64,000 nt of DNA from Phaeosaccion multiseriatum (lineage: Eukaryota > Protista > Ochrophyta, other classes), in assembly GCA_965112735.1 (NCBI GenBank), contig OZ218955.1:3906001-3970000 (forward strand), given 5' to 3'. Both the position numbers and the translations under genes were made by a program. Positions 26,265 through 43,941 of the stretch are shown here, piece after piece (within the stretch, counting starts at the first letter, position 1; each line of letters opens with the position of its first letter). Under the pieces are notes generated by a model. That model worked only from the letters and a program-made list of their open reading frames with translations. It was not told where the DNA came from and ran no database searches.

Positions 26265-28355
26265 TCAGTCCCTTCTTGCTCTCTTTCGTGGGGGCTGTCC
26301 TTCCTCCGTCGCCCCCCCCTCCTCATCCTTCTGCTCCTCCTGCAGCTTAAAGCCGAACTCGCCCATCAACGCCTTCACCTCCCTCGACAGGCCCTCCAAG
26401 CAGAAGAAGTCCGCGGCTTGCAGAGTCTGCTTCGCCCTGACCTGGTCGAAGAGCTTTGCACACTCTTTCCTCACTCCACCACTGCTGCTTCCTCCCTCCT
26501 CACTACCTCGCATCTCCCGTCCTTCTCCCCCGCTACTGCTGCTCGCGCCTCTCTCAATCCATTCTGCTGATCTAGGTCTTCTCGTCAGCAGCTCCTCCAC
26601 GCTGCCCGTGGTGACGAACTTCACCACCGCCTCAAAGCCCTCCTCCGTGAAGTTCACGCCGTCATACTCCAGCTCAATCTCTCTTGGCTTCTTCCCTTTC
26701 CCCTTTCCCTTCTCTTCTTCCTCTTTCTCCTCCTCTTCCCCCTCCTTGCCGGCCTTGAAGCCGCGCTTGGCAGGGTCAAGCATGGTGGGCAGAATTCCTG
26801 CCGCAGAAGAGTCATTGTCATCGCTCTTTCCATCCTCTCCTCCCCTTTTTCCGAGCTTCGCCATGAGCTGCTCCACCAAGGGAATACTCAAGGTGTACTG
26901 CTTCCCTCCCCTCTCCCCAGTAGCCTTGTTCACCAGACGCACCTGCACCACATTATCCACCCTCTCATCATCACCGTCCACAGTCACGGAATAGTGCTCA
27001 GCTACTGCGCCGAGCCGGTCAGCAAGGGTAGCCGTCTTGTCCCTGCCTTTGCTCAGAAAAGAGGCAAGCACATGACCAAAGCCCTTCTCCGCAGCCAGTC
27101 CGATGACCTTCGCGTCGACCGCAGCACCCATCTTGAGCAGAAATTCAGCCACCCTCTCACGAGCCTCCTTTGCTCCAGGCGATACCCTGCAGAGGCTGAG
27201 ATCAGCATACACTTTGCTATCATCAGGACGCATGCAGGTCATCAGAGGAGTCTCTTCATTCTTAGCGAGAGCGCTGACGTCAGCCCCGGCCTCCACGAGC
27301 AAGTAGGCCATCTCCATGCTGCCCAGGGCGGCGGCCAAATGCAGGGCAGTGAGTGAATGGTTGGCCTTGGCTTGCACAGAGGCGCCGCCGTGTATCAATA
27401 TGGGGACTATCTCCTCATGGCCCCCTCTCACACACAGCATGAGCGCAGTGTAGCCCTTGCGCTCCACAAGATCCAGAGAGGCACCGCAGCGAATGACTTC
27501 CTTCACACAAGCCACATTGCCCTTGGCGCCAGCAAGGTGGAGCGGTGTGCTCCTGTGGTCATTCCTGGCATCGATCTGCAGCCCACTCTCCAACAGCAAA
27601 GCAATGCAATGGACATTGCTACCGAGCACGGCCAGGTGCAGGAGTGAGTTACCGCCCGTGTCGTTGACCTTCACGTCGGCACCGCTCTCCAGCAGCAGGC
27701 CCAAGGCCTCAGCACGCCCCCTTCCTCTAGTCTTTGCCCTACGGCCTGCGCAGCACACCTGAGCAACTGTTCTACCCACTCGATTCAGCCCATTTGGCAT
27801 GCCCCCAGCCTTCAGCAACGCCTTTATACAGTGAGGACTCCCTGCAAAGGCCGCCTTGTGCATGGCCTCGTTGCCCTCCACTTTCGCGCCACGCCTCAGT
27901 AAGTACCCCAAAATCAAAGGGTCGTCGAGGCTAGCAGCAATTGCCAATGGCGTCCAGTTCTTACCACACTTCGCGTTGATATCTGACCCCGCCTCCACGA
28001 GCCCTTTCACCAAGTCGAGGTGGCCATTTCCTACAGCATGGTGTACAGGAGACGATCCCTTCCAAAGGTCGGTGCCTATGTCAAGCCCGCACTTCTGCAG
28101 CAGCTTGACACTCCCCAGCATGTCCACGCCCTTCTCCTCCGCGCACCGTGTGTTCTTGCTCTTCTGTACCCGAGCTAGGGCGTGTAGGGGAGTGTAGCCT
28201 TTCTTGAAGTGTTTCATATCCACACTGGCCAAAACGGCCTTGAGCAGGAGGAGGACGTGTGTGGTGCTGCTGGCTCCACCCGAAGCCTCCCACGCCTTCG
28301 TGCTCTCATACCACTCCTCCACGTACTCAGCGGTCTTTCCGAAAGGCAATACCAT
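26265..28355 (-). CDS. Ankyrin-repeat protein with C-terminal BTB/POZ-like domain
   Basis: About 9 ankyrin repeats (TPLHAL, SPVHHAVGNGH, TPLAIAA, SLLHLAV, TPLHLAG, TALMLCV, TALHLAA). The C-terminal FEAVVKFVTTG...LQAADFFCLEGL resembles the end of a BTB domain. A short upstream exon (ATG 28460, donor at 28433) would splice in frame. Confidence 0.85.
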   Translation of the reverse strand: MVLPFGKTAEYVEEWYESTKAWEASGGASSTTHVLLLLKAVLASVDMKHFKKGYTPLHALARVQKSKNTRCAEEKGVDMLGSVKLLQKCGLDIGTDLWKGSSPVHHAVGNGHLDLVKGLVEAGSDINAKCGKNWTPLAIAASLDDPLILGYLLRRGAKVEGNEAMHKAAFAGSPHCIKALLKAGGMPNGLNRVGRTVAQVCCAGRRAKTRGRGRAEALGLLLESGADVKVNDTGGNSLLHLAVLGSNVHCIALLLESGLQIDARNDHRSTPLHLAGAKGNVACVKEVIRCGASLDLVERKGYTALMLCVRGGHEEIVPILIHGGASVQAKANHSLTALHLAAALGSMEMAYLLVEAGADVSALAKNEETPLMTCMRPDDSKVYADLSLCRVSPGAKEARERVAEFLLKMGAAVDAKVIGLAAEKGFGHVLASFLSKGRDKTATLADRLGAVAEHYSVTVDGDDERVDNVVQVRLVNKATGERGGKQYTLSIPLVEQLMAKLGKRGGEDGKSDDNDSSAAGILPTMLDPAKRGFKAGKEGEEEEKEEEEKGKGKGKKPREIELEYDGVNFTEEGFEAVVKFVTTGSVEELLTRRPRSAEWIERGASSSSGGEGREMRGSEEGGSSSGGVRKECAKLFDQVRAKQTLQAADFFCLEGLSREVKALMGEFGFKLQEEQKDEEGGATEEGQPPRKRARRD

Positions 28356-28508
28356 CTGGGACAAGGGCGCTAGGTTTATGGGCTATGAGAAAGGAAAGGG
28401 GAAAAAAAATGAGGAGGAAAGAAAGAGACTCACAGGTGGCAAGACATAACCAACCGTCATGGCTTGACGAACATGTCCAAACGATCTCCAAACGGTTGGG
28501 TTGAAAAG

Positions 28509-34272
<5,764 letters not shown>

Positions 34273-34654
34273 AGCGAAAGTGGAAGTGGGCTTCGGCATG
34301 ACGGACTAGGATGTATGTAGAAGGGGAGGACTTTTCTTACCAAAACTAAAACTGCTGTGAATACCTGAATACTGTAGTTGGAGCGTGTTTTTTTTTGCGC
34401 GTGTGGGTTCTTCATTTTCTCACAGTCTTCTTCGCCCCATGTCCGCTAAGGGGCCTTAAACTATCAAAAAGAACACGGCGAAGGTTATGGAGGCAGGGGA
34501 GGGGAGTGCTGGAAGGAGGGTGAGAAGGGGCGAAGAGGAAGGGAAGAGGAAGGGAAGAGCAAGGAGAAGGACTGTAAGAAGGTGGGGGGCTGGGGGGGGG
34601 GTGAAGGCGGTCGCGGCAGAGTCGTTCCGAAAGTATGCGCAATGATGATGAGCA

Positions 34655-34727
34655 TGATGTGCGCCATCTGGTGCCATATGATGTGCACCATCTGGTGCCA
34701 TATGATGTGCACCCCCTGGTGCCATCT
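34655..34727. repeat. 24-bp tandem repeat x3
   Basis: gatgtgcaccatctggtgccatat repeated. Confidence 0.85.
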
Positions 34728-35648
34728 GAGCGGAAGACAGGCGGGAGGGGGGCAGAGCAGAGGCCGGGGCTGGGACAGGAGAGAGAGAGAGAGAGAGACA
34801 GAGAGAGAGATGGAGGCGACGCCACAGCTCTTCCTTCATATTGTACACTTTATACTCACTTTTTACTTTACAGTCTCCACAGCGGCTGCGACTAAAGACG
34901 AATTGGCAGAGGAGGATGATGGCGTCTCGCGTCATAGAGAGTCGGAAACCCAAACGAGCCAAGTAGCAATGCCTTTGGGCGTGCATGCGCAACAGCCTAC
35001 TTTGACCTCCCTGACACTTCAGGCCCTACTTTCACCTCCCTGGCACTTCACTTCAGGCCCCCCTCAGCCCCCCTTGCAACTTCCTCTTCTTCTCTTCTCT
35101 TCTCTTCTCTTCACTTGAGGTTGTGCAGCCTGCCTGCCCCCACCCCCTTCCTTTCCCTTCCATCCCTTTGGTGCCCTCAACAATCCTGCCACGTCATATC
35201 TCTCGTCCTTGCGTATAAGACGTGCAGCTTTGCTTCCCTTGAGCAAAGACTTGCCCGGACAGAGCCCCGCCTGTCTATGTATATATGTATATACCCCCCA
35301 CCAAGCTGTACCACTAAGCTCTACTCTAGCACCAAGCCGACTGCCCGGCCGGCCCGCGTGCCCCCCTTCCCGCTCCCCGCCAAGAGTGAGTGGTGAGCTG
35401 TGGAGGAAATAGGAAATAGAGTCAAGTGTAGAGTGAGTGGGGAACGGAGGGAAATAGAGTAAAGAGTACTCGTACTTCCCGCTGGCCCGCCCTCCCTCCC
35501 CTCTCCTCTCCCCTCGCCGAGCTGCTCTCTGGGGTCTCCCCCATCATGATACCCCATACCTCCCTCCCTTCCCCTCCCTTCCCCTCCCTTCCCCTCCCCT
35601 CCTGCTCGGCTGCAGGCGAGTGCATCCTCCAGAGCAGCCGCTTGAGCC

Positions 35649-35686
<38 letters not shown>

Positions 35687-36345
35687 CTCTCTCTCTCTCT
35701 CTCTCTCTCCCAAGGGCCCACTGACTCTCTCTCTCTCTCTCTCCTCCCCCAAGTTGCAAGCGGCGCGTTCCTGGAGCCCCGTCTCCTGTCGGCACTGCAC
35801 CACCCACTCATGCCCACTCACGCCCACTCATGCCCCCTCATGCCCACTCATGCCCACTCACGCCCTCTCATGCCACAATCTCGTCCTCAAACGCAGAGAC
35901 GAAGCAGAAGGGCAAGAAAACGCTGCCAGAGTTGGCGGGAAGCTGCGGTGTGCGTGGGTGTTTGCCCGGGAAGTCCCCGGGGGACAAACAGGAAGAAGAA
36001 CGTAACACAAGTTGAGACGCACGACAGAGGAGGGGGACAATGAGTTTGGGTTTGAGTTTGAGGGTGGGTACAGCTCATGAAGTCAAACAGCTGTGCAGAG
36101 TGAGGGATATGGATATGCTGGAGGATGCTCCTCAGTCCTCGCAAAAGGACAGCCACAGCCACTGAGGGCGGCGCATCAAGACCGCCCCCCACCCCCCGCC
36201 CGTCAGATCATCTCAGATGATGCACCACGGCTGGGAGGGACAGCCTCTCAGCCTCACCGAAGGCAGCAACGCCCTCTGGAACGAAGCCAAAAGCAACACA
36301 AAGCTCAGCCCTGCCCACCGAACACGCACGGCTACGAAGAGTAAG

Positions 36346-38393
36346 TCACCAACGGAAACAACTCACATCGAGCGCGTTGGCGAGCTTTCCTTCCGCTTGC
36401 TTCGGCGGTCCACGGAATGTGTGCCCCCGAATACTCAAGAAGGGCCCTAGAAAGGCCGCAAAGGTGGTGAAGAGGCCAATGTACAAGTATCCCTCCTCTT
36501 GGTCGCTCGGCCGCGGCAAGTAGGCAAAGTACACTGCGTACAGCATGGCACCGAGAGAGCCCCCAGCGGCCACCACGCCGGAGACAGTGGCGATGGCGAG
36601 CGGCTGTACGAAGGGCACAATGCCGTAGCAGAGTCCCTCGGAGGCTTGCACGAAGCACGAGAGGACGACGAGCAAGATTATGCCGCCGCTGAGAGAGTCC
36701 ACTTGGCTGAAGCCCACCATGAGTAAGCCTTGCCCGAACAGCACCAGGGAGTGAACCCAAAGCCGGCCGGACAGCTGCAGGGGAGGAGGGGTGGAGGTCA
36801 CTTAAGGTGAGGTCACTTTTAAGGTTACATGATGATGGTCACAATGCAGTGCCAAGCGTGGGGGAGGGGGCGATGAAGGGAGCGCCACGGGTGTACGCGA
36901 GGAGAGGAGGGTGAATTGAAGTTTGTGTTTGCTGCTTCACTCACTTTATCGCTTGCGTGCTCACAAGCTTGCTCACTCACTCCCTCAGCCCCTCTCACTC
37001 AGGTCGTCAGCACTTTACTTACTCACTTACTCCCTCCCTTCCTCCCTCCCTCACTCACCCCTCGCTTGCTATCCGCGTAGTCTGAGAGGACCCCCCCCAG
37101 CGGCCTGGCGAAGAGATTCATGAGGCCGAAGAGGCTGGTGACCCAGTACGCACGGGCCCGTGCCACATCGAAGCGCTCCTCAAAGTACTTTCCTGCCGAG
37201 TTATAGAGGTGGAGCTCCACGCCGAAGGAGGCGCTATACATGAGGAACAGCAGCCTGAGTGAGGTGAGTGAGGGGGGAAGGGGAGGAGACGACGTCGACT
37301 GAGGAGGAGGGGCAGGAGGAGAAGTAGGGCGTGGTGGTGGTGGTCGTGACTGATTCACTGACACCAAGTACTGACTGACTGACTGACTGACTGACTGACT
37401 GACTGACACCAGCTACTGACTGACTGACTGACTAACTGACCATGAGTTCTTATCTCGGAAACCCTTCTCTGCCGCTTGCCGAATGATCTGTGGGGGGGGG
37501 GGGGCATGCATGCCGTTGTTGCAGCAGAACGAGCAGAGGCGTAAGTAAGGAGAATGTAAGGACCAAGTACCCATACACGTGTACACATCAACACGTTGGA
37601 GAGTGCTTTCTCTCGCTGCGAGCGCCGTAAGACTGCTCGTCTGATTGACGTTGCTATCATCTCTCTCTCCCATCTCCCTCTCCCTCCCTCCCCCTCTCTC
37701 TCCCCTATCTCCTTCTCCGACTCCCTCCCTCCCTCCCTTCCTCCCTCCCTCTCTCTCTCCCCTATCTCCTTCTCCGACTCCCTCCCTCCCTCTCCCCCTC
37801 CCTCCACCTCTTTCTTACCGCCTGCTTGATTTTTCCCTCCTTAACGAGGTTGGTCATGGTGCCGTAGGGGTTGTCGTCAGCGATGTGTGGAAGCACGAGT
37901 CCCCACAGAAACACAATACCCGCGGGAATGACTAACGCGACTGCGCGGTGACGGAGGGAGAAGGGATGAGGAAGGGGGGAGGGAGGGTGGAGCTGAAGGA
38001 CGTTGACAATCCCATGGCGGGGGAAGGGAGGGGGTACACATACTCAGAGAAGGACACCACTAGGCGCGGTGAGAAAGAGCCCAAGACAGGAAAGACAGGA
38101 AAGACAGGTAAGACAGGAAAGACATGTAGGTAGGTTACGCCTGCTTTCCTTCCTTCCCTTCTACAGAGGACAACCGCCCATCCAAGCACACGCACACACG
38201 CACACACACACATACGCACATACACACATACATACACACAAATGCACTCTCTCTCACACACTGACCTCTCCATGCGTCACGTCCCAACGCTGTCGACTTG
38301 AGAGCTTCGTTTATAGCGAACATGGACTGTCCATCAGGCGAGAGAGTGGGGGAGAGAGACACAGAGATTGAGAAAAGAGAGACGAGAGATACC

Positions 38394-38424
<31 letters not shown>

Positions 38425-38748
38425 TAGAAAGAGAGGGAGAAAGAGAGGAGAGAGTGAGAGAGGCGAGAGAGAAGAGAGAGAGAGGAGAGAGAGAAAGAGA
38501 AAGAGAGAAAGAGAGAGAGAGGGAGAGATAGAGAGCGAAAGAGAGAGAGAGGAGAGAGTGAGAGAGGCGAGCGAGAAGAGAGAGGAGGGAGAGAGGAGAG
38601 AGAGAAGAGAGAGATAGAGAGAGAGAAAGAGAGACAGAGGAGAGAGGCGAGAGAGAAGAGAGAGAGAGGAGAGAGAGAAAGAGAGAAAGAGAGGGAGAGA
38701 GATAGAAAGAGAGGAGAGAGTGAGAGAGGCGAGAGAGAAGAGAGAGAT

Positions 38749-38792
<44 letters not shown>

Positions 38793-39808
38793 TATACAAA
38801 AGAGACAGAAACAGAGAAAGAGAGAAAGAGATGGCAACGGACCGACAAGGCCCTCCTTCACTTCCCAACTCATTTGCTTCTTTCCTTCTTCCCAATGTGA
38901 AGTGGGTGGCTATGCTGGGTACCGAAGGGAGGGAACCTCAGAGGGAACCTCAGGGTCAGGGTAGGGACAGCACTCACCAGGATGGATACCGCCCCTCCAA
39001 AGTTCCCCCAGCCCGCCACCGTTGCATTTGCAGCGCCCACCACGTTGCCCGCAAACATGTTTGACGCCCACGTTTGGCTGCACAATGGAAGGGGAGGACA
39101 GGCGTTGGAGGGGCGGAGCGAGAGAGCAGGGGTGGAGATGACGGGACTTGGTCAAGAGGAAGCGCGTAGATACACGAACTTACACACATACATGTACATA
39201 CACACCCGCACCCGCACGCACACACACATATCCCAGCACCAAACTTACCTGCACACGAAGCTCGCACCCACCATGCCCACAGCAAAGCGGACAATGCACA
39301 GGCCCGCAAGCGACTGGACGAAGCCTCCCAGTGCAGCGGGGATGGCTGCCATGATAAGCAGGATGGTCTGCGCTCGAGACGTGCCGAAGCTGTCCACCAA
39401 GGGCCCCAAGATGAGCCTTCCCATGACGGGACTGGCCATGGCGAGTACCGTCGAGACCCACAGGCCCTTCTTACTGAGGCCCAGGGAGTCTTGCACATCG
39501 TCCAACAGAGGCGTGAAGCTAAACCTGTAGCAGCCAGTTGAGGTGCAGGAGCGAGCACAAAGGGACAGCGGGAAGGACGCGTGTAAGGGCCCTTATTTGG
39601 GAGAGCACAAAGGGAAAGGAAAGAGGGGCACGTAAGCTCCTTACCAGACTACGAAGGCGAGGAAGAAGCTAATCCACGAGGCGTGGAACGCTCGCATATA
39701 CGGCCGCTTTATAGAGAAGATCTTGATCTCCTTCGCTCTATTGCCTTGGAGTGAATCTAGCTGAAGCCCGTGGTCGCCGTAGGGCATGGCCATCTCTGGC
39801 TCACTCAT
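36346..39808 (-). CDS. NRT2: NRT2/NNP-family nitrate/nitrite transporter (MFS), multi-exon
   Basis: Motifs: KEIKIFSIKRPYMRAFHASWISFFLAF, MGRLILGPLVDSFG, FAGNVVGAANATVAGWGNFGG, AWR, FGVEL, FGLMNLFARPLGG, EGLCYGIVPFV. Confidence 0.93.
38341..38830. repeat. ~490-bp GA-rich microsatellite in NRT2 intron
   Basis: Imperfect (GA)n with a recurring gagagtgagagaggcgagagagaag sub-unit. Confidence 0.9.
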
Positions 39809-39965
39809 GGCCTAATCTGCCTACGCCCCGCCCCAGCTCTATTTGCACACTTTATTCGAATGGAAATTGGAGGCCTCCGCCCCCCCCCCCTTCCAGTCCT
39901 CCTTGACCGGAGCGAGTGGTGTCCTGACAGGGGCCGTTGCTCTTCTCTAGGAGTCGACGGATCCT

Positions 39966-39972
39966 TATAAAA
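39966..39972 (+). promoter_or_regulatory. Candidate TATA box in the divergent NRT2 / Gon7-like intergenic region
   Basis: TATAAAA about 160 bp upstream of the ATG at 40132. Confidence 0.35.
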
Positions 39973-40131
39973 AGGAACACAATTGTACGTTTGTGGAAAA
40001 ATCCCTCCCCTCCCCACGGTCGTCGGATCGCATCTCGGATCCTTCTCGCTAATCGCGCTAGACGCTTCGCGCCCCCCCCTTCCCTCTTCCTCTCACCTTC
40101 GCTCTCTCACAACAGATAAGGGGAAAAGAGA

Positions 40132-41104
40132 ATGGCTTCGGGACACACAGGAGCTGAAGCAGCAGAAGCTGGGGCTGCCGTGGAGGAAGCCACGCCGTGG
40201 ATTGGAGTGGAGGCTACCTTCACTTTCGCAGACGATGGTGAGGAGCAGGAGCAGGGACCTGGGGGATCAGTGGAGACGGACGGTGGCGTAGAAGGAGAAG
40301 CGGCAGCAGCAGCAGCTGCTGCTGCAGGAGGAGGAGGAGGAGCAGCAGCAGCAGCAGGAGGAGGAGGAGGTGCAGAGAAGACGCTGCACAGCTTCCGGTC
40401 ATCCCCCCCGGTGGAAGGGAAGGAAAGGCAAGAAGTTGCGGGAGGCGAAGGGAGCCGCTTCTCGTTCCAGTACACAGGAGTGCATGACGACGGGAAGCTC
40501 CCGGAGCTCAAGTCGGGAGGCGTGTTTGGGGGGCTCATACAGGCCGTCCTGGTAAGATGCAACATGCCGGACAAAGGCTCTTCTTTCTTTGTTTGTACTT
40601 CTCTCTCTTGCTCTCTCTCTGACTTGATGTCTTCTATTCGCGAGAGTGCCTCTCCTCGTCCACCGCATACGTCCCTATCAATCCTGCGCTCTGCTCTGAT
40701 TATACTTTGTGTCCCCCTCTGTTGTGTGCGTGGGCTGCGCTGCCTTCCCAACGCAGGAGGCGAAGGACGACGCCAATGTCTTTCTATCCAAGATTATCGA
40801 CGCCCAGCGCGCGAAGGAGGGGGCAGGAAGAAGCAATTGCAGCAAACCCAACGGAGAAGCCAAGGCGAAGCAGCACCAGCACCAGAAGCAGCAGCAACCA
40901 GGGCAGAAGAGGCTCAGCAGGCGGGAGAAGAGGAAGATAAGGCGGGAAAGCGAGCAAGAGAAGCTCAGCCCAGGCCAGACAGGAGAGGGAGGCGTGGAGG
41001 GAATGGACGTGTGTGAGTCTCCGAAGGGCGAGGAGGAGGGGGCATCAGAAGAAACGGCAGGAGGGGAGCTCCACGTAGGGAAGAAGCCGAAGGGCGGGGC
41101 GTGA
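40132..41104 (+). CDS. Small, largely disordered protein, possibly KEOPS subunit Gon7-like (exons 40132-40551, 40757-41104; ~255 aa)
   Basis: Phase-0 GT-AG intron gives FGGLIQAVL|EAKDDANVFLSKIIDAQ. It is preceded by beta-like IGVEATFTF and FSFQY segments and followed by a charged tail. Confidence 0.55.
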
Positions 41105-41773
41105 TGAGGCGAGGTTTTGGCGTGAGAAGCCCTCCCAGGGCACAGCTACGGCTACTATTCCAAGACAAGGGAGCTCCACCCTCCCTCTGGAGACTGCGAG
41201 CAATGATGCGGAATTGAACCGAGCAGCACACCGATGAAGCCTCCACCAGCTGTGAGCATGATTGGCAAGCAGCAGCAGTTGGTGATACAGCAGCAGCAGG
41301 TGTCCTTCTTCATTCGAAGGAAGGACCAGCAGCCCGGCGTGGCCGGTAAAGGGCGGTACAAGCCCCCTAACGCCCTTCCTGTGCCAGGGTCTACTCCCCC
41401 TTCCTTCGCCACTTCCTGCCCTCTTGTCGAGAAGCGAGGGACCCTGCCTGAACACCAGCCACGGACGAGGAGGGAGAGCGAGAGCCAATCGGAGGGACGT
41501 TTGCCCATCTTTGCCTCTTCCCCCACGACTTGTCGGCGAGACAGAGCGGGCACAAACAGCGACGAAGCGCGGTTCCGTCAGCTCAGAGCAGTGCCATTGG
41601 CCTGTGGTGTCGATGAGGCAGCACATCTTGGCGGTGTGAGCATGTCAGGCCCTTGGAACGGGGGGTGAAAGGGAAGGGCCACGTCAGGCCCGGGCGGTTC
41701 AGTCTGGAGACCGACACCCCAGAGCAGAAACCTCTATTTGGGCGGCGGAGCTGTCCGCGCAAGCAAGGTGGGG

Positions 41774-41945
41774 GAGGACAGCGATCAAGGAGGATACCAA
41801 GGAGGTTAACGAGGAGGACAGCGTTTAAGGAGGTTAACAAGGAGGACAGCGATCAAGGAGGATACCAAGGAGGTTAACAAGGAGGAAAGCGATCAAGGAG
41901 GTTAACAAGGAGGACAGCGATCAAGGAGGTTAACAAGGAGGATAC
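41774..41945. repeat. Composite minisatellite built on a CAAGGAGG core
   Basis: caaggagg separated by alternating linkers ttaa, acagcgat and atac. Confidence 0.9.
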
Positions 41946-42955
41946 TCTTCAGGGGTGATGAACGTGGAAGGCCGTGTCTAGGCTCCGCTCTGCTGGATTC
42001 AGAGAATCCCTTTTTCTTTTTTCTTGAAGGAAGTACAAAAAAGTAATGTGGGAGGCGTGGCAAAGCCAATCCCTTTTGAAGAGAAGGAGGGGTGGCGCTT
42101 CGATCATTCAGTGCGCAAACAGCCTTTATTTACTAGGGCGAGTCTCATTCATGCCTCACCTCTTTAATTCTAATTTTAAAGGGGGCGCAAGAAGCTCTGC
42201 TGCTGCTCCTCTTGGGAGAGCATCCTTAGAAGGTCCTCTCCCTCCCCCCCCCTGGGGCCACACTCAGCATGGGCCTTATTCGAGATTCAGCAGGGGGCCT
42301 ATTCGAAAGGGGCGCGAGAAGGGGAGTGGTTGCGCTGCAGTTGCCAGCACACTTGTGCGCCTCACTCTCGCTCTCCATCTCTCTCTCTCTCTGTGTGTTC
42401 AAAGTCCCAAGGGGGCGAGGTACTAGGGGTCAGGTGTGTACAGTGCCCCAGGGGGATGCTCCAGCCCGAGGCTCTGAGGAGGAGGCCCGCTGCAGCGCCG
42501 CAGCGGCGGTCTCGGCAGTTGTCTCGGGGCCTGAGGTGCACACACCCCTCAAGAGAGTACCTCTGTGTTCGGGAGGGACACAGACACATGCGTCTGTTTG
42601 GGCCTTTCCCCACCCCCCCAAACGTCCCGCAGCCCGAAAGCGAAAAAGGCGATACCAGACTGTCCCTTGCTTGGGCGTGGCCCCGCCAGCCTCCCCATGA
42701 CGGCCAGCGCGCTGTCGGGTAGCGAGGCTGGCAAAGACCACCACCGCGACGGCAACGCCTCCAGGAGCTCCGGGTAACCTCCACGCATCCCAGTCAGTAA
42801 ACAGTCAAACAGGGGACCACCGCCCCTGTGGATCGGTCGGGGAGGCTTCCTCAAAACCGGGTGTCATGCGAGGGAGGGACGAGGCATCCTTTCTTTCGTC
42901 CCTCCTGACAGCCCTGCCCGCTTCTCCCTTCGACCAAGGGCTGCGTATCGCCACA

Positions 42956-43744
42956 TCACGTGATTGTGCCCCCTCCTGGATCCCGGTACTGCACCACCGC
43001 AGTGAGAGCCGCCCCGACCACGCCGATCATCAACACGGGGCGAGGTCTTGCGCCGTACGAGGCCAGTCCAGCCAGGCAACCCGCTGCGGCATGGGGCGGA
43101 GCGGGGCGTTGGTCAGCGGAGGAGACGGCCACTACCGTGGAGGCAGGGACGAGGCCGAGATATGCTCACCACGCTCCATTCCTTTATCACCCACTTCCGC
43201 CCCCCACGCCACCCTCAGTCCTCAATGAACAGGAGCCTACTTACCCGCAAAGCCGCCCACTCCGTCGGTCACCATCGTCCTCCTCCCTCCGTTCAGCGTC
43301 TCGGCTGCCCAGCTCGAGGTGTTCATCACACAGGTGAACGCACCAAAGCGAGCAGCGTTTACGACCGCCGAGCGGCCCATAGACTTGCCGGTAGATACCA
43401 CCTCCCTTGCGACTCCTCGCACTGTGCTGAGGCGCAAGGCCTTGAGCTGCTGCTGCTGGCGGAAGTAGGCGGAGTCGCGGTGGGCAGCGGCGTCGGAGAG
43501 CGCAAGCTTCTCGTCGATGTTGTGAAGGGCGATGCCCCATGCCACTCCTGACACGAGAGAGGACGAGGGGGGGGGGGAGGGGGAGAGGTTGAGGAAAGAG
43601 GGTTACAGGGAGCGAGAGGAATTTCTCTCCTCTCCTCTGGGGGGGCTGAACTCGAACGGAATAGCTCTCACCAAGCAGAGCCCCGTTCAAAGTCGCGTGG
43701 ACCACGCGGACAGAGCCCGGCCGGGAGTCTGCACTCTTTGACAT
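42956..43744 (-). CDS. Tim17/Tim22/Tim23-family membrane protein (3 exons; last acceptor uncertain)
   Basis: VVHATLNGALLG|VAWG, then MGRSAVVNAARFGAFTCVMNTSSWAAETLNGGRR..DGVGGFA, then AAAGCLAGLASYG..VLMIGVVGAALTAVV. These are Gly-rich TM helices arranged as in PRAT-family proteins. Confidence 0.55.
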
Positions 43745-43833
43745 GCTGCAAATGGAGGGAGTTGATCGAGGGACGTTAAGTGCCATCTTTTCCGTCAATC
43801 ATTTGCTGATTCCTGATTCCTGATTATAAGCCA

Positions 43834-43941
43834 ATTATGACCGGCGCCAGCCGGCCTGATTACGTGATTATGACCGGCGCCAGCCGACCTGATTACTGAT
43901 TATTGGCGCCAGCCGGCCTGAATACTGATTATGACCGGCGC
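43834..43941. repeat. ~32-bp tandem repeat (3.5 copies) upstream of the Tim17-family gene
   Basis: Unit tgattatgaccggcgccagccggcctgattac. Confidence 0.9.

Noticed and set aside
34412-36300. Possible additional gene between the calpain-like gene and NRT2
   Set aside because: Short ORFs and splice-like sites exist, but I could not build a coherent spliced product or recognise a domain.
38135-38895. SL/ER-rich ORFs (also at 28525-29071 and 49296-49982)
   Set aside because: Translations of intronic GA/CT/GT microsatellites.
41234-42850. Protein-coding gene in the Gon7-like / Tim17 interval
   Set aside because: Only short overlapping ORFs, with no family motifs or consistent exon chain.
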